A DNA stretch of 64,000 nucleotides, taken from assembly GCA_038087875.1 (NCBI GenBank), contig CM075980.1:12400001-12464000 (forward strand), written 5' to 3'. A model generated the notes under the pieces. That model was not told the origin of the DNA and did not search any database. It saw only the letters and a list, made by a program, of their open reading frames with translations. Of this stretch, positions 52,849 to 63,648 are shown piece by piece (position 1 is the first letter of the stretch; every line of letters begins with the position of its first letter). Origin of the DNA: Malacoraja senta. Taxonomy: Eukaryota. The translations under genes and the position numbers were made by a program.

Positions 52849-52909
52849 GCGCGTGCGCGTGTGTGTGTGTGTGAGTCGCGTAAAAAATCACCTATGTGGG
52901 ACAGGCCCA
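52176..52909. mobile_element. truncated non-autonomous DNA transposon sharing the terminus GTGGGACAGGCCC with the adjacent MITE
   Basis: Ends GTGGGACAGGCCC at ~52897-52909; internal GTAGGTT repeats; contains the (TG)n tract. Left end not defined. Confidence 0.45.
52802..52872. repeat. (TG)n/(CG) alternating purine-pyrimidine microsatellite
   Basis: Directly visible. Confidence 0.95.
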
Positions 52910-52994
52910 TTAGGCAAACATCGGTAATTTGCCAAGGCAACTGTGAATAAGTGTGATTAATGTATATATCTTAAATGGGGTAGGTTGCAGAGTA

Positions 52995-53206
52995 AAGGGT
53001 CTGTCCCATTTTCACGACCTAATTCACGACCTTTTTTACTCGTGGACATTTTTCATCATGCTAGAAAAATGCCACGAGTACTTACGACTAGCATCACGGC
53101 ATGCTACGACCTACCAACGACCTCATGACGACCATGCTGCGAGTATGAGTCAAGGGCAAACTCGGCAGAGGTCATGAATTAGGACGTGAAAGTGGGACAG
53201 GCCCTT
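52995..53206. mobile_element. MITE (~212 bp) with ~37-bp TIRs (PIF/Harbinger-like or TA-targeting)
   Basis: AAGGGTCTGTCCCATTTTCACGACCTAATTCACGACC ... GGTCATGAATTAGGACGTGAAAGTGGGACAGGCCCTT, flanked by TA on both sides. Confidence 0.8.
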
Positions 53207-53561
53207 TAGGACTGATTATATGGGAGTAGAGGTTAAAAGATGTGCAAAATTGTTGAGAACATAAACTGTTGTAATGCATGATAATTTGCTACAATTTGTA
53301 GCAGTTGTTATCATAGGATCACATAGTATATTATTCTTTTAAAGTTTCCTGTAAAATTACTATTAACAGCATGAGCATTATTTATATTTATTAGTTTTAA
53401 TAAACTTTTAAAGAGAGTTTTGGATTGGGTAGTTTAATTTTTTACCCCACCCAAGCGTGTTTGATCCAAACACAGTAAACACATGTCAAGGCGAGCTATC
53501 AGAAACTTGAAGTTCTTTTCTTTCTCTTGAAGAGGGGCACAATATATTTAATCCTTGATGC

Positions 53562-54299
53562 TGTGATGTTGGGGATGACGCTGGGTCTACAGCCGCAGTA
53601 GGGTGAACTTACGTGACGGGATTTATTTATAGTGAAGGGCAATATTGACAAGAAGGTTCGGATCCAAGTGGGGGTACAATCCCTCATCATCGGTGTGCAT
53701 GTGAGGAAACGCTGGCGATCTCGGGCTTGTCTCAGCAGAGGGGCCTTGAATTCGAAGGAGGAATGCTGTGTTGGGCTAATCGAGGTGGCTAAGCCCTGGC
53801 CTTGAAGGAAGAGGTGCAGCAATCTCAATCTTGACTTTGAAGGAGCCACTGATTGTCTCGGGCTTGTCTTGAAGGCTCGCTCTTGATCTTGAAGAGAATG
53901 CGCAGGCGGTCTCAGGCTTGTCTTGACAGCTCAGTATTCCTCCAAGCCTGCAACAGGAGAACACAGCTAGTAGGGAGGTGCCCCACTTTCTCTCCCTTCC
54001 TCTCTTCTTGCTTCCTTTCTCACCTTCTTCCTTTCTCTCTCTCCCTCTCTCTTTTCCCTGGCTGGAATTGCCTTTGTTTTTAAGGAGGAGGGTGCTGAGG
54101 TGCAGATGGGCCAATCCAATAACAGCTAATTAGCCACAGCTATTGCTCATTTGGCTGTGGCCTCAACTCCAACCAGAGCTCTGTCGAAGGTCGTTTTTGG
54201 CAGCCAAGTGCTGTTTGTGGCACTGATTGTTGTCTTCTCTTGACCTGTCTGCCGGTGACAGGGATCAGAGCGGCACACGAGGAAGGAGGCGCTGTCACA
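53562..54299 (-). mobile_element. solo LTR (738 bp), 4-bp TSD ATGC
   Basis: TGTGA...TCACA termini; ATGC at 53558-53561 and 54300-54303. On -: inverted CCAAT boxes (~54111-54120), TTAAAAA (~54077-54083) and AATAAA (53622-53627) occur in LTR order. Confidence 0.8.
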
Positions 54300-55410
54300 A
54301 TGCAGAGAAATAACAAGATGCTGTTGAGAGGATGAGATTAGAAAAAGGTAAAGGATTCACATAGGCTGTGAGCAATAGAAATGTCAGTGGATGTGGCAAC
54401 CACTTTGTCCATTAATAGATTCCCCAGCCATGGACCAACTGGCAAAAGTATCTGTGGACATTTTTAACCTCTCCCTGTTCCATTCTGAGATTCCAACTAG
54501 CTTTAAGACGACCAGTATCATGCCGATGCCAGAAAAACAAAGTAGCTTGTCTTAATGACTACCATTCAGTGGCTCTGACATTTCTGCGGTGAAGTGCTTC
54601 AAGTGGCAGGTGCACATTAACTCTCCTCCAGCTAGCCTTGTCTGCAATTCGCCTACTGTTGCAACTGGTCCACAGCAGATGCCATCTCACTGGCCCTTCA
54701 CTCATCCCTGGTAAATTTGGATATCAAGGACACGTACATCAGATTCCTGTTTATTGACAATAATAGCTTTGCCTTCAACACCATAATCATAACCAAATGT
54801 ATATTTCCAAAACCCACAACATAGGACTCAGCATCGCTTTTGAAAATGAACCATTGACTTATTGACCCATAGACCCTAATAAATAAGCCAGGCAACAAAT
54901 ATTCTCTACATTAATTCTCAAAGCAATGATCTGCAAGGATGCTTTCCCCATCCCCTACTATACTCCCTGTACACTCATTACTGCGAGGCCAAATTCTGCT
55001 GTAACTCCATTTACACATTTGCAGATAACACTATCATAATGGGTCAGATCTTGAACAATAACTAGACGAAGTACAGGAAGGAGATACCGATCTTATGATG
55101 CCAAGACTGCAACCTCTCGCTCAATGTCAGCAAGACAAAGGAGCTAGTCACTGACTTCAAGAAGCAGTGTGGTGCACCACCCAAGTCTGCACCAATGGGT
55201 GCTGAAGTGCAGATGGCTGAGAGCTTTAAGTTCCTGGATATAAATACATCAAGAATTTGTCCTGGTTTAACCACATTTACGCTATGGCCAAGAAAGCACA
55301 CGAAAGTCTACATCCTCAGAAGCTAAGTAGTTTGGCATGTCTTCAACAAACTTTATCCATTTCTATTGATGCACCATCAAAAGCATCATACCAGAATGCA
55401 TCACAACTGT

Positions 55411-55692
55411 TTTAGTGTAGTTTAGAGATACAGCGTGGAAACAGGCCATTCAGCCCACCGAGTCCATGCCAACCAACGATCACCCATACACTAGTTCTAT
55501 CCTACACACTAGGGATGATTTACAGAGGCCAATTAAACTACAAACCTGCACGTCTTTGGAATGTGAGAGGAAACCCACGCAGTCACAGGGAGAACGTGCA
55601 AATTCCATACATACAGTACCCATAGTCAGAATTGAATCCGGGTCTCTGAAGCTGTAAGGCAGCAACTCTACTGCTGTGCCACTGTGCCGCCC
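55411..55692 (-). mobile_element. tRNA-derived SINE (HE1/V-SINE-like)
   Basis: On -: GGCGGCACAGTGGCACAGCAGTAGAG (A-box region), GACCCGGATTCAATTCT (B-box-like), conserved core, and tail GCTGTATCTCTAAAC. Confidence 0.8.
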
Positions 55693-55774
55693 AAGACCGC
55701 AGAAAGTTGTGGATGCAGCCTAATCCACCGTTTGAACCAGTCTCAGACTGGCCTCAGAGCAGCGCCACCCGCTT

Positions 55775-55802
55775 CTGAAGAAGGGGCTCGACCCGAAACG
55801 TC
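55775..55802 (+). ncRNA. minimal hammerhead ribozyme core (PLE tail), best-preserved copy
   Basis: CTGAAGA-A-GGG(GCTCGA)CCC-GAAAC-GTC with intact CUGANGA, GAAA and GUC elements; helix I pairing is weak or unclear. Confidence 0.55.
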
Positions 55803-55874
55803 GCCTATTCCTTCGCTCCAAAGATGCTGCCTCACCCGCTGAGTTTCTCCAGCTTTTTTGTCTACCTCCAATCC

Positions 55875-56137
55875 CGACAGTGAAGCGCAGACACAGAAGG
55901 TGCGCGGCCATGCCGGCGGCTTTGCGCAGGATGCGATACAGCCAGAGCTCGGCCGTTGCGGCCGCCAGCACAGGCCTCCTTGCGTCACTGCGCTTGGGTG
56001 CCTCGGCCTCGGGAGGTACCAGAGAAGACGGAAATCTGCGGGCCGGATGATTTCTGGGGAAAAAATATGCCTGCGGGCCGGATGATTTCGGGTTACAGGC
56101 CGCATTCGGCCTGGGGGCCGTGGGTTGCCGAACCCTG
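55875..56137. mobile_element. GC-rich hAT (Charlie-like) transposon end
   Basis: Terminus reads CAGGGTTCGGCAACCCACGGCCC..GGCCGAATGCGGCC on -; subterminal CTGCGGGCCGGATGATTT is duplicated. The other end was not found. Confidence 0.55.
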
Positions 56138-57314
56138 CTGTAGCACAATATTCAGCACGCTGATTATTTTTATCTTTACTTTACCTGTTGTACTTGTGTA
56201 TGGCTTTTTAGTACTCAGTTTAGTACGATTTGACTGGTTAGCACACAAACAATGTTTTTCACTGTATCTCTGTATTCGTGATAATAATAAATCAATATCA
56301 ATCAGACAAAAAACTTTATGCTGCTTGACCCGCTGAGTACTTCCAGCAACTCAAATGTGTGTCAATTCGTAATTTCTGATACTTCTCCAGCATTTTATCG
56401 GGATGCATTACACCATGGTTTGGGAACAGCTCCATCCAACATCATAAGAAATTGCAGAGAATTGTGGAAGTAGCCCAGACCAACACACAAACTAACCTCC
56501 TTACCATCGACTTCATCTACACATCACGCTGCCTCACCAAGGCCACCAGCATAATCAAGGGCGAGTATCACCCCAGACACTCTCTCATCTCCCCTCTCTC
56601 ATCAGGCCAGAGGTACAGAAGTGTGAAAATGCATACTTCCACATTCAGATACAATTTCTTCCCAGCTGTTATCACGGCAACTGAAGCATCCTAACACCAA
56701 CTAGAGAGCAATCCTGACTTACCATCTACCTCAAAGGAAACCCTCGGACCATCTTTAATCAGACTTTACTGGGTTTTATCTTGCACTAAATATTACTCTC
56801 TTTATTCTGTATCTACATACGGTAGACGCCTTGATTGTTATCATATATATTCTTTCCATTGACTAGATAGCACGCAACAAAAAAGCTTTTCACTTTACCT
56901 TGGTACACATGACAATATACTAAATTAACATTTTTATCTGTCCATATTTATTTAAATGTTTACAACTTTTTTTTGGTTCTTACTAGATTATTGTTATTAT
57001 CTATATTCCCTTTGCTTATGAATGTCTTGGTCCCCTTTTGTTTAGTTCTTTTTTTTTCCAATCCTCGGGCTTACTGCTAATTGTGGCAACTACAAGCCTT
57101 TCCTTTTGATCTAATGGTATCTTTAACTTGTTAGTTACAGCTGGACCACTTTTTCTGCTGGAATGTTGTGCCTTATATATAATTTGCTATATTTTTAATT
57201 TCTTAAATGTCAGACATTGTTTTTTCAATACGTTTTACTGTAGTTATCAACTGACTTTATTTCACCGTTTATAATCTGGGAACAACTCATTTTCCATTTT
57301 GTATCAAGATTAAT

Positions 57315-58930
57315 TACACTGGTGAGCCCGACGTGATCTGAGGCCCCCGGTCGGAAGTTATGTCCAGTGGCGGTCCCTGGGGGGTAGGCCACTCCTTGGA
57401 TCATTCCCCTCGCCGAGTGAGGGACATGGGATTGTGTGTGCCGCGGCCTGGACTTCGTCTTCGTGTACTTGGATGACATACTCGTGGCCAGTCGCACGCG
57501 GCAGGAGCACTGCATCCACCTCCGTCAGCTGTGTCAGCGTCTCAGCGACTTCGGTTTGGCCATCAACGCGTCCAAGTGCCGTTTCGGGGTGACGTCTATC
57601 GACTTCCTCGGCCACCGCGTGACTCCACAAGGGGTGGTGCCTCTGCCGGTCAGGGTGGACGCTATTCGCAGGTTCCCCCGTCCGACCAGTTAGGGGCCTT
57701 CAAGAATTCGTGGGGATGGTCACCTTCTATCACCGCTTCCTGCCGGCAGCGGCCGCAGTCATGCGTCCGCTTTTCCACCTGATTGCTGGTCATCGCAGGG
57801 AGGTTGAGTGGTCCGCGGAAGCATCAGCGGCTTTTGAAAGGGCTAAGCAGGCACTGGCTGAAGCCACGATGCTCGTCCACCCACGGGAGGACGCCCCGAC
57901 CGCCCTGACGGTAGACGCTTCTGAGGTTGCGGTTGGGGGTGTTGGAGCAGCTCGTTGATGGATGCTAGCGGCCACTCGCCTTCTTCAGCAGGCATCTCAG
58001 TGGTGCTCAGCACCGTTACAGTGCCTTTGACCGCGAGCTCCTTGCCCTATATCTCGCCGTACGCCATTTCCGCTACTTCCTGGAGAGGAGGCCGTTTACT
58101 GTGTTTACGGACCACAAGCCGCTAACCTTCGCGTTCGCCAAGGTTTCAGACCCGTGGTCTGCCCGGCAGCAGAGGCAGTTGGCGTATGTGTCCGAATGCA
58201 CCACCTCCATCCGGTTCGTTGAGGGCAAATTCAACAGAGTGGCAGATGCCTTATCGAGACCTGCAGTCCACGCGGTTCTCCAAGTCGCTGAGGGTATCAA
58301 TTATTCCGCCCTAGCAGCCGCTCAGTTGGTCGACGAGGAGATGTCCGCTTATCGTACGGCAGTTTCGGGCCTGCAGTTGGAGGACGTTGTCTGTGGTCCT
58401 GGGGGTGCAACGCTGCTGTGCGATGTCTCCTCTGGAGTTCCGCGACCCATCGTCCGGCGGCGCAGGGTGTTTGAGGTGCTCCATGGGCTTGCGCATCCCT
58501 CCATCCGGGCGACAACGGCCCTGGTAGCCTCCCGTTTCATGTGGCACGGGCTGCGGAAGGAGGTTGGACACTGGGCGCGCACCTGCATCCCGTGCCAGAC
58601 CGCCAAGGTGCAACGACCACTTGCGCTCGAGGCTTGGTGGCGCACTGGATCGCCAGGTTCGGAGTGCCACTGGACATAACTTCCGACCGGGGGCCTCAGA
58701 TCACGTCAGGGTCACCAGTGTAGTGGCCTAGACGAGGTCAGAAAAAGGCCAAACGCCAGGCTGGTTCAATCAGTAGACTTTTAATCCCTACAGCGAGCGT
58801 ACACCACACACACACCTCGAGGGCACTAAATCCAGGGTCGTCTGGAAACCCCGTGGCAGACCAGTCCCCTGTCCCTCACTCGGCGAGGGGAATGATCCAA
58901 GGAGTGGCCTACCCCCCAGGGACCGCCACA
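57315..58930 (+). mobile_element. rearranged Ty3/Gypsy LTR-retrotransposon fragment (pol on +; LTR and PBS inverted)
   Basis: RT (FVYLDDILVAS..FLGH), RNase H (TVDASEVAVGGV, TDHKPL, ADALSR), integrase HHCC (LHGLAHPSIRAT..CIPCQ) and core remnant (WIARFGVPLDITSDRGPQ). Frameshifted, CpG-rich, with inverted terminal blocks. Confidence 0.92.
58719..58930 (-). repeat. Gypsy LTR (212 bp), followed on - by a tRNA-Trp primer-binding site (58700-58717)
   Basis: On -: TGTGGCGGTC...ATTAAAAG...GGCCACTACA, then C, then TGGTGACCCTGACGTGAT (17/18 to TGGTGACCCCGACGTGAT, the complement of the tRNA-Trp 3' end). Confidence 0.85.
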
Positions 58931-59269
58931 CTGAAATAATTACTTTCTGGACTTGGTTACATCTCTCTCACGGACATTAAATTTCACCCATTACTTTTTC
59001 CATTGCTGTCATTAATTCATCTTGTTATGAACATTGCAAGCATTCAGAGAAAAATCCTTCAGTTCTGCCTTGCAACCATTTTTCCATGCAATGACTTTAA
59101 CTGTAAATATACGTGCACTTGTATGCTCTGGCTCTTCCTGATGATTGGCTGCCATTACCCGTTCTGTCAGCCAAAGTGCATTGAGTTTTCTCTAACTTAC
59201 TAAATTTCTATTCACTTGAACCCAGTCCCCAGTACTCAGTTTCAGCTGTATCTGCAACCGTAGTTATTC

Positions 59270-59545
59270 AGTTTCGTTTTAGAGATACAGCGTGGAAACA
59301 GGCCCTTTGGCCCACAGAGACCGCGCCAACCGTGATCACCTGCACACTAGTTCTATCCTACACATTAGGGACAATTTACAGAAGCCAATTAACCTCCGAA
59401 AAATGCATGTCTTTCGAATGTGGGAGGAAACTGGAACACCCGGAGGAAACTCACAGGGAGAATGTACAAACTCTGCACAGACAGCACCGTAGTCAGGATC
59501 GAACCTCGGTCTCTGGCGCTGCAAGCAACTCTACGGCTGCGTTCC
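59270..59545 (-). mobile_element. tRNA-derived SINE (HE1/V-SINE-like)
   Basis: Same head, core and tail as 55411-55692; B-box-like GGTTCGATCC at ~59496-59505 on -. Confidence 0.75.
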
Positions 59546-60239
59546 TGCGCTTTAGCTCACTAGTTCTAGATCAATACAAGTGACGTCCATCGCATTAGAA
59601 CATTTTCCGTTTTGTACGGTACTGGTGTCGGTGCTCCATAAAGTGACATCCATTTCTCCCACCCAATTATTCAGCCACACATTCAACTCAAGTCCTGTGG
59701 CCTTTCTTGTCTTCTGCACTCTCAGAATGTTCTTGACATCACGTGGAATTACATGAATTGGTGAAGACTGCTTTCTGTGATGGGGTTCATGGGACGAAGA
59801 TGAGATGGATCATCCACTTTGCACCTGACTTATTGTGGGTGTAAATGCTTCAGGTGTGACTTTAGCACTTACAAACTGGATCTTAGCACTTACAAACTGG
59901 ATATAAGAATGGCAATATTCTTGAAGCTTCCTGCTCCAGCTGGTTTAATTATCTACCACTGCTCTTGATTAAACGTGTTAGGAAGTAGTTAGGAAGTAGA
60001 GTTTTGATACGATCCGGCAGTTTCCTTATTTTGTTTATTATTTACAGTTTATTTGAATACATGAAGCAACAGTAACAAGATAGATGAATTGATGGCACTA
60101 CTAGAGATAAACTGGTCTGATTCAGTAGCCATCGGAGAGTCAGGGTGACTAAGGCTGGCATATGAAAGGATATGGAGAATGGGAATGAAACTGGAGTAGC
60201 TCTGCCAATAAGAACGATATTAGAACTTTTGGGAAACAT

Positions 60240-61150
60240 TGTCTTCAAACAAAAATTGGCCGGGTCCACAACTACATTGACACGCTCGCTGTAGGGTGAA
60301 CTCACATGATAAGGTTTGTTTATAGGGAATGACGTCAGTGGCGGGAAGGTCCAGGACCACGTGAGGGTGCAGTCCCTCTTCGTTTGTGGGCAAGCAAGGA
60401 TGAGCTGGCAATCTAAATCTTGTCCCTCTCTCTCGCCTTGAGAAAAGGTGCCGGCAGTTTCACTCTTGTCCTGGTGGCACTGTCTTGGCCCTGAAGCGGA
60501 GACGCTGGTGATCTTACGTTTGCCCCAGCGGCTCAGTCTTGGTCTTGACGGGGAAGTGCTGGAGGTCTCAGGCTTGTCCTTGAAGCTCGGCCTCAAAGCA
60601 GGTGCTTGCGGTCTTGGGCACCTCAATCTTGGCTGTCTAAGGCTCGTCCCTGTCTTCCTCCAAGCCCGTAAAAGGGAAACAAAGCTAATAGGAAGGCAGA
60701 CAAAAGTGCTGGAGAAACTCAGGCTAAAACGTTGCCTATTTCCTTCGGTCCATAGATGCTGCCTCACCCTCTGAGTTTCTCCAGCATTTTTGTCTACCTT
60801 CGGTTTTCCAGCACCTCACTCTCTCCCTTCCTCTTTCTTCCTTTGTCTCCAGCTTCTTCTTTCTTGCTTGTTTCCTCTCTTCTGCTTCCTCTCTCCCTCC
60901 TGCTGTCTGAAACTGCCTTGATTTTTAGGGAAGGGGATGAAGAAGAGCAGATGAGCCAATCCAATAACAGCTAATTGGAAACAGCTGTGCTCCTTTGGCT
61001 GTGGCCGCAACTCAGTCCAGACCGCTATCCAGGGTGCCCGGTGTTTTCCAGCAGCCATGCACTGTCCAATGTGCTGGTCTGCCGTTCCTCATAGCCTATC
61101 TGCCATTAACGGGGATTAGAGCAGCACACAATGGATGAGGCGCCATCACA
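60240..61150 (-). mobile_element. second, diverged solo LTR of the 53562-54299 family, with a short PLE-tail insertion (~60685-60815)
   Basis: Shared blocks GTAGGGTGAACT, GTCTCAGGCTTGTC, CAGATGxGCCAATCCAATAACAGCTAATT and terminal GAGGCGCxxTCACA. Left end and TSD unclear. Confidence 0.65.
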
Positions 61151-61559
61151 CACAGAAATCAAACTAGCAAAGATGCACTGGAGGACAAGTTCAGGGGATG
61201 TATTTGAGTCCAATTCGTAGAAAAATACTGAGTGGACCAAACTTTGGAGCAAACTATTTTCTAGCTCATCATGTGGGATTAATTACTGATCTCATAATGA
61301 AACATCGTTCATGTAAAATGAAAAAATCTCACACTAATTTGTGACAAGCAAGATTCCAAAACTAGGTCTTTAACTTAAATAAAGGCAATTACATAGATAT
61401 ACATAAATTGAGAAACGGAATTCAAAGGTCCAAAGGTATTTTATTGTCATGTGTACCAATTAAAAACCATGACAGTAGATAAACTGTGGCAGACATTTAA
61501 ATAAATATTTCATAACTCTCAGAGGAGTAAATACCGCAAGAATCACGACATTGCACACA

Positions 61560-61870
61560 ATGTTAAGTATGAGAACTGGATGAATGTTAGCTGGGAGTAA
61601 AAAGTGTTGTAAGCTACTAAGGGAAATATGAGGTGCTGTTCCTCCAGTTTGCGTGTGGCCTCACTCTGGCAATTGAGGTGGCCCAGGACAGAAAGTTCAA
61701 TAGGGGAATGGGAAGGAGAGCTAAAATGTTCAGCAACCAGAAAATCCAGCAGGTCTTGGTGGACCAAAATGCAAGTGTTTGGCGAGATGGTCGCCTAGTT
61801 TTTGCTTGGTCTCATAAGAATATGACTTTGTAAAGAAGGTCACATGGGCACCAAATGCAGTAGATGAGGT
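61560..61870 (-). mobile_element. Penelope-like GIY-YIG remnant
   Basis: ORF 61543-61767(-) VAEHFSSPSHSPIELSVLGHLNCQSEATRKLEEQHLIF, homologous to 29893-30200. Confidence 0.7.
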
Positions 61871-62781
61871 TAGACAAATTTGAATCTATGTGGAGACCAG
61901 TCATTGTGTACACGTATTTGGACCATTGGCCTTTTTTATTTTTATTAATGACTTAAGAGATTACAATATGAGAGCCAGCTGATGATTGGAACGGCAGGAC
62001 AAATTTTAAGAGTAGAGATAAAGTTCATCTGTTTCAGGAGTTATGTTGGGTGAGTGACTCAGCACTAGCAAATGATCTCTAACTCTGATAGGCTGAACAA
62101 CTGTGTGTGAGAGGAGTATAAATGCACAAAATCGCCACCCCACCAATCACTAAACCATTAAAGGATAAACAAAAATATATACACAAACATTTGATGCACA
62201 AATCTCCTGATAGAAAAACAGTGCAGCAAACCTGTAATATACCTAGTTCTGGCTGCCAAAGTACTACATCTGAAAAGAACTATCGGCATCCAATATTAAA
62301 GTACATCTAACCACATCTCAGTCCAAAGTAACACAATGTGGACTTTATCCTTAAACAACAGTAGCTAGAACAGGCTGTCATCTCACTCACTGAATGCCAA
62401 CTAGCTAAATAGCTTTAACAAGAGACTTGCATCCGTTTCTGGTTTGGGCAGACATCACCTCATTGACAAAAGGTGCATACTGCACAAATCCACGACTAGA
62501 TTGATCTCCACAATTAGTTATGATTTTTTACACTAGTTTAAGATTTAATTCACCCACATCAAATCCACCTGCCTAACAGGGCACTGCCCAAATTCTTCAC
62601 TCACTACACACTAAATTTGCAGATCATGAAGCCTTGTTGAAAGCCTGATACAAGCTTGCGTCATTTCCCATTAACATTCTGGTAGCAACTAATATTTCAA
62701 GTGTCGTAGATAAGAATGACCTTCAGAAGCCTGATTAAGATTTAGCTGGGAACTGAAAATTTGATTCACGTGGTCTTTTAC

Positions 62782-62856
62782 CTTTCCTTGAAGTAAGAGA
62801 GACCAGTGCCATAAAGCTGTTGCTGTCTGCATGTTCTCTTGACGTTTTTCCAACAG
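62782..62856 (-). CDS. SFI1: SFI1 coding exon (75 nt, phase 0-0; SFI1 repeat)
   Basis: ttatgcag|CTG...AAG|gtaaaa. Encodes LLEKRQENMQTATALWHWSLLLQGK, similar to SFI1 [22 protein letters not shown]. It joins VFDAW to form an A..L..FxxW repeat. Confidence 0.9.
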
Positions 62857-63573
62857 CTGCATAAGTCACAAAATAAAGAAGGTTACATTCTGAATTAAAT
62901 CCAAAGGCACTGAGAAATAACTACAAACCACAAATGTAGATCCAATGCATTCCCTACTTTACTATTTTATAACACAATTATGTTCTGGGATTCAAGAGGA
63001 AGAAAGACAAAATGCTTATCCAAGGTAAAATATTTCTGCTCCTTTTACAAAGGCAGTTAATGCCCTAGTACAGAAACTGAATGGCCATCCTTTCCCCGCA
63101 TGCTTTGACAAATGCTGGCAATCTATACAGTCAAGGGATTAAAAAAAACATTGTAGCCATATCCATTTTTAATTTTTAATTTTCTGAAATTCCTACTTGG
63201 CAGACCTAACCTAAGATTTGAAAATCAGAAACAGGTATGGTGGTGGGGTCTATTTAATTAATATGTCTGCCTAATTAATTCTTCAAACTCAGTTTCAGCA
63301 GAATCACTAGGGTATATTTTCTTTAAAAAATAGCAACCAATCCTCCAAACAGCTAACATGTATTGGAATCAACCATACCCGTGGAGGATCTGTGGTAAGG
63401 TAGCCCCACTAACAGTAATTAAATGTAGACAAAACAGGGAAAGAGAAGGACAAAGAAACAAAACATCAACTCACTGGAACTTATAGAGAAAAGTGCTCAG
63501 GGAGCACACTGCTCAAATTAAACTCTGAACAAGCATAAGGGATGAATGAAATTCTACCATAATTACTACTTAC

Positions 63574-63648
63574 CTTAGCTTTCCAGTCTGTGAAGTGGAA
63601 TCGACAAAGTCGATACGATTGAAACCACTGTTCCTGTCGGTGTAACAG
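63574..63648 (-). CDS. SFI1: SFI1 coding exon (75 nt, phase 0-0; SFI1 repeat); gene continues beyond the window
   Basis: gttccag|CTG...AAG|gtaagt. Encodes LLHRQEQWFQSYRLCRFHFTDWKAK, similar to SFI1 LLHRQ..RLSRTCFRQWRQQ, with an FxxW motif. Confidence 0.9.

Larger units (their letters stand above)
54430..56930 (+). mobile_element. nest of Rex1-like LINE fragments interrupted by a SINE, a PLE tail and a hAT end
   Basis: Degenerate RT motifs (LNDYHSVALT; QFAY; AFNTII; FADN; NVSKTKELVTDFKK) at 54430-55410, continuing at 55693-55750 and 56385-56930 (ORF 56452-56694 QRIVEVAQ..SIIK..HP.H..PLSSGQRYRS). Confidence 0.7.

Noticed and set aside
55600-55692. tRNA genes at SINE heads (also ~49380-49450 and ~59480-59545) and tRNA-Trp-like 18-mers at 57320 and 58700
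   Set aside because: The SINE heads lack a full cloverleaf and run into the SINE core; the 18-mers are retrotransposon primer-binding sites.
59861-59901. Short local tandem duplications (also ~45263-45292 and ~5930-5962)
   Set aside because: Ordinary slippage duplications of 14-21 nt with no evidence of function.
53562-61150. The two related LTRs as ends of one 7.6-kb provirus containing the Gypsy pol
   Set aside because: The first LTR has its own TSD on both sides, the copies are strongly diverged, the interior is mostly LINE/SINE debris, and the Gypsy has a different LTR.
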